Shown: positions 27,891 through 30,658 of the stretch, piece by piece
Layout: each line of letters starts with the position of its first letter
Numbering within the stretch: the stretch's first letter is position 1
Source: Pseudomonadota bacterium
Lineage (GTDB): Bacteria > Pseudomonadota > Gammaproteobacteria > Steroidobacterales > Woeseiaceae
Assembly: GCA_022360335.1 (NCBI GenBank)
Contig: JAKSCZ010000327.1
Span: 1-30,658, forward strand
Direction: 5' to 3'
Length of the DNA: 30,658 bases
Position numbers and translations under genes: made by a program
Notes under the pieces: generated by a model
What the model was told of the DNA's origin: nothing
The model's database searches: none
Seen by the model: only the letters and a program-made list of their open reading frames with translations

Positions 27891-29327
27891 CTAGACGATC
27901 GCCATGCTGTGCGAGACGTTCTTGACGATCATGTAGTTGTGCAGCCCCTCGGTCCCGCCCTCACGGCCGTAGCCGCTCGACTTGACGCCGCCGAACGGCG
28001 TCTCGGGCAGGGACGCCTCGAGCGTATTGATCGACACGTTGCCGGCCTCGATGCCTTCGATCATGCGGTCCGCGTAGTCGGCCCGGTTGGTGAAGCCGTA
28101 CGCGGCGAGCCCGTAGGGCACCGAGTTCGCTCTCTCGATACCTTCGTCGAGCGATGCGACGGGGTTGACGATCGCGAGCGGCCCGAACGGTTCGACCTGC
28201 ATTACGCGTGCATCGTCCGGGACGTTCGCCATGACGGTGGGCTCGAAGAAGTAGCCGGCGTCGCCCATCCGCTTGCCCCCGGTCAGTATCTCGGCGCCTT
28301 TTGCGCGCGCGTCCTCGACGAGATCCGTCAGTGCGCCGACGCGGCGGTCGTGCGCGAGCGGCCCCATCTCGACGTCGGGATCCACGCCGTTGCCGACGAC
28401 GGTCGCGGCCGCGCGGCGCACGAAGATCCCGGTGTACTTCTCGAAGACGTCCTCATGCACGAAGAACCGCGTCGGCGAGGTACAGACCTGCCCGGCGTTG
28501 CGCATCTTTCTGACGGCGCCGCTGACCGCCGCGGCCTCGACGTCGGTGTCCTCGCACACGATGACCGGTGCGTGGCCGCCCAGTTCCATCAGCACCGGCG
28601 TCATGTGCCGCGCCGCGAGCGTCGTGAGATGCCGGCCGACGACCGTCGAGCCCGTGAACGCAACGAGGCGCACCGGGTCCTGCCCGATCAGATGCTCCGA
28701 AATGTCGGCGGGCGTGCCGAACACGAGGTTCAACACCCCGGGCGGGAGACCGGCGTCCTGTAACGCCCTGGCAATGTGCAATGCACCGGCAGGGGTTTCC
28801 TCGGCCGCCTTGAGGACGATCGAGCAGCCCGCGGCGAGCGCGCCGGCGACTTTGCGACACGGTTGGCTCAGAGGGAAGTTCCAGGGCGAGAACGCCGCAA
28901 CCGTGCCGATCGGCTGGTGGTGCACGACGTAGCGGATGCCCGGTGCGCTCGGGATGACGCGACCGTAGGTGCGCGTCGCCTCGCCCGCGTCCCATTCGAA
29001 GAACTCGCAGCCGCGGATCACCTCCAGCCGCGCCTGCGCCAGCGGCTTGCCGTGTTCCGCCGTGATCGCCGCAGCGATTTCCTCCCGGCGCTCGCGCATC
29101 AGCGCCGCGGCCCGGTACAGGACGTTCGCCCGGTCGACCGGCGCCGTATTGCGCCAGACGTCGAATCCCTTCGCCGCCGCGTCGAGCGCATCGTCGAGGT
29201 CGCCCCGTTCCGCGTGCGGCAGCCGGCCGATCTCTTCCTCGGTTGCCGGGTTCAGGACCGGCAGGTCGCTCGCCGTCTTGCGCCACTCGCCGCCGATGAA
29301 GAGGCGTAGATCCGGATAGGTGCTCAT
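27891..29327 (-). CDS. NAD-dependent aldehyde dehydrogenase, succinate-semialdehyde / alpha-ketoglutarate-semialdehyde dehydrogenase-like
   Basis: ATG 29327 (MSTYPDLRLFIGGEW). FSPWNFP, KAAEETP, FTGSTVVG, catalytic ELGGHAP and RNAGQVCTSP, EPFGP and PFGGVKSSGYGREGG. Confidence 0.93.
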   Translation of the reverse strand: MSTYPDLRLFIGGEWRKTASDLPVLNPATEEEIGRLPHAERGDLDDALDAAAKGFDVWRNTAPVDRANVLYRAAALMRERREEIAAAITAEHGKPLAQARLEVIRGCEFFEWDAGEATRTYGRVIPSAPGIRYVVHHQPIGTVAAFSPWNFPLSQPCRKVAGALAAGCSIVLKAAEETPAGALHIARALQDAGLPPGVLNLVFGTPADISEHLIGQDPVRLVAFTGSTVVGRHLTTLAARHMTPVLMELGGHAPVIVCEDTDVEAAAVSGAVRKMRNAGQVCTSPTRFFVHEDVFEKYTGIFVRRAAATVVGNGVDPDVEMGPLAHDRRVGALTDLVEDARAKGAEILTGGKRMGDAGYFFEPTVMANVPDDARVMQVEPFGPLAIVNPVASLDEGIERANSVPYGLAAYGFTNRADYADRMIEGIEAGNVSINTLEASLPETPFGGVKSSGYGREGGTEGLHNYMIVKNVSHSMAIV

Positions 29328-29354
29328 GAAACCGATTATAAGTATATTTCGGCT
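29328..29354. promoter_or_regulatory. Bidirectional leaderless-type promoter
   Basis: 27-bp AT-rich gap. Minus strand: TATAAT (29340-29335), 7 nt, ATG. Plus strand: TATATT (29343-29348), 6 nt, ATG. No room for an SD on either side. Confidence 0.65.
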
Positions 29355-30314
29355 ATGGCCGGCAAATACTCGAAACTCGACGCCAAGGACTACGCCCGCG
29401 AGAACATGCGCGGCATCTGGGCGGCCGCGCTGAACCCGTTCGACGACGATCTGTCGCTGAACGAGAGCGGTCTGCGTTCGAATATCCGTCACTGGATCGA
29501 CGACCTCGGCATCGAGGGGCTGTTCATCGCCGGCAAACAGGGCGAGTTCTTCTCGATGAGCCTCGACGAGCGCAAGCGCAATTTCGAGATCGCCGTCGAG
29601 GAATGCGACGGCAAGGCGGGGGTCATCGTGTCGGTGTCGGACCAGAACTTCGACACGGTCGGGGAACTCGCCGCTCACGCCGAAGACTGCGGGGCCGACT
29701 ACATCGTGGTTCACGCACCGGTACTGAGTTTCGTGCACGACCGCGGCGAAGTCCTGTATCGGTACTACGAGGCGCTCTGCGACCGTCTCGACATCGGCAT
29801 CGCGATGTGGAGCCACCCGGACTCGGGCTACCTGATGCAACCCGGGGAGTGCGCGCGCATCGCCGAGCTACCGAACGTCGTCGCGATCAAGTACTCGGTG
29901 CCGCGCGAGATGTACGTGCGGCTGACGCACATGGTCGGCGACAGAATCCAGGTGTCGACGTCGGCCGAAGACGACTGGCTCGACAACATCGAGGAACTGG
30001 GCTGGCGGCTGTATCTCTGCTCCTCGCCGCCGTACCACCTGCAGACGAGCAGCGACAGGCGCATGAACGAATACACGCGCCTGGCGTTCGACGGCAGGTT
30101 CGACGAGGCGCGTCGCGTGCGCGACAGCCTGGACCCGGTGCGCGACGCCATGGCGCGCACGCGGCCGGCCGACAAGCCGCAGGCTTTCGGCAAGTACTGG
30201 CAGGAGCTGCTCGGGCAGGTGGGCGGCCGGGTACGACCGCCCATGCTCGAGTTGACCGACGCAGAGAAGGCCGCGATTCGCGAGGCCTTCGAGAACTGCG
30301 GCCTCAGAACATGA
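29355..30314 (+). CDS. Dihydrodipicolinate synthase (DapA/NAL) superfamily protein with atypical active site
   Basis: AAALNPFDDDLSLNESG, GxxGE as AGKQGEFFSMSLDERK, GADYIVVHAP, PNVVAIKYS (Schiff-base Lys) and VGGRVRPPM. Confidence 0.88.
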   Translation: MAGKYSKLDAKDYARENMRGIWAAALNPFDDDLSLNESGLRSNIRHWIDDLGIEGLFIAGKQGEFFSMSLDERKRNFEIAVEECDGKAGVIVSVSDQNFDTVGELAAHAEDCGADYIVVHAPVLSFVHDRGEVLYRYYEALCDRLDIGIAMWSHPDSGYLMQPGECARIAELPNVVAIKYSVPREMYVRLTHMVGDRIQVSTSAEDDWLDNIEELGWRLYLCSSPPYHLQTSSDRRMNEYTRLAFDGRFDEARRVRDSLDPVRDAMARTRPADKPQAFGKYWQELLGQVGGRVRPPMLELTDAEKAAIREAFENCGLRT

Positions 30315-30658
30315 AGGCTTCCGCGTCCATCTTCATGAGCGGGTCGGGGCCCGACGACATCGTCTCGAGCAGCGATGTCGTCCGCGGCAGGATTTTGGCG
30401 AAGTAGAATTCCGCCGTCTGGATCTTGGCTTCGTAGAATGCCGTCTCGGACGTACCTTTACCGAGGCGCCAGTACGCTGCACGCGCGCTCGCGGCCCAGG
30501 CGACGGCGAGTAGCAGGTAGCCCGAGAACATGATGTAGTCGACGGACGCGGCGCCAACGGCGTCGCGATTGCGCATGGCGGCAAAACCGATTTTGCGCGT
30601 CAGGGACTTCCACTGCTTCGTGAGTTTCACGATGGTCTTGAGGTAAGGACGAATCTCC
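30304..30658 (-). CDS. Acyl-CoA dehydrogenase, C-terminal part (runs off right edge)
   Basis: VGAASVDYIMFSGYLLLAVAW and FYEAKIQTAEFYFAKILPRT. The frame is open to the window edge, and its stop overlaps the DapA-like 3' end convergently by 11 bp. Confidence 0.88.
   Translation of the reverse strand, partial: EIRPYLKTIVKLTKQWKSLTRKIGFAAMRNRDAVGAASVDYIMFSGYLLLAVAWAASARAAYWRLGKGTSETAFYEAKIQTAEFYFAKILPRTTSLLETMSSGPDPLMKMDAEAFMF

Noticed and set aside
27891-29327. Calling the ALDH 2-aminomuconate semialdehyde dehydrogenase (nbaE)
   Set aside because: Its motifs (ELGGHAP, RNAGQVC) fit the SSADH/KGSADH group, it is convergent to the kyn operon, and ACMSD is absent from the window.

Overview
GC-rich bacterial window, probably from a Gram-negative organism. 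It has a TonB-dependent receptor, lipoprotein signal peptides and Shewanella/Xanthomonas-type nagK/nagB-II/nagA, so a gammaproteobacterium is plausible (inference). Bases 1-23.7 kb form one large carbohydrate-utilization locus. It encodes a sugar ABC transporter whose solute-binding protein is fused to a permease, AraC and LacI regulators with visible candidate binding sites, and a GH2 beta-mannosidase. It also encodes a TonB-dependent receptor, a CRTAC1/ASPIC-UnbV propeller lipoprotein, a GH85 endo-beta-N-acetylglucosaminidase lipoprotein, GlcNAc catabolic enzymes, an SSS transporter, a CBM9-like protein and an M81 (MlrC-like) lipoprotein. A possible GH38 alpha-mannosidase runs off the left edge. 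Together these read as a high-mannose N-glycan foraging system that joins a TonB front end to an ABC-import/cytoplasmic-digestion back end. The rest of the window holds a kynurenine operon (nbaC-kynU-kmo-kynA, no kynB), a divergent aldehyde dehydrogenase / atypical DapA-family pair separated by only 27 bp, and the 3' end of an acyl-CoA dehydrogenase. No rRNA, tRNA, CRISPR array or transposase was seen. All assignments come from motif recognition by eye; no database searches were run.
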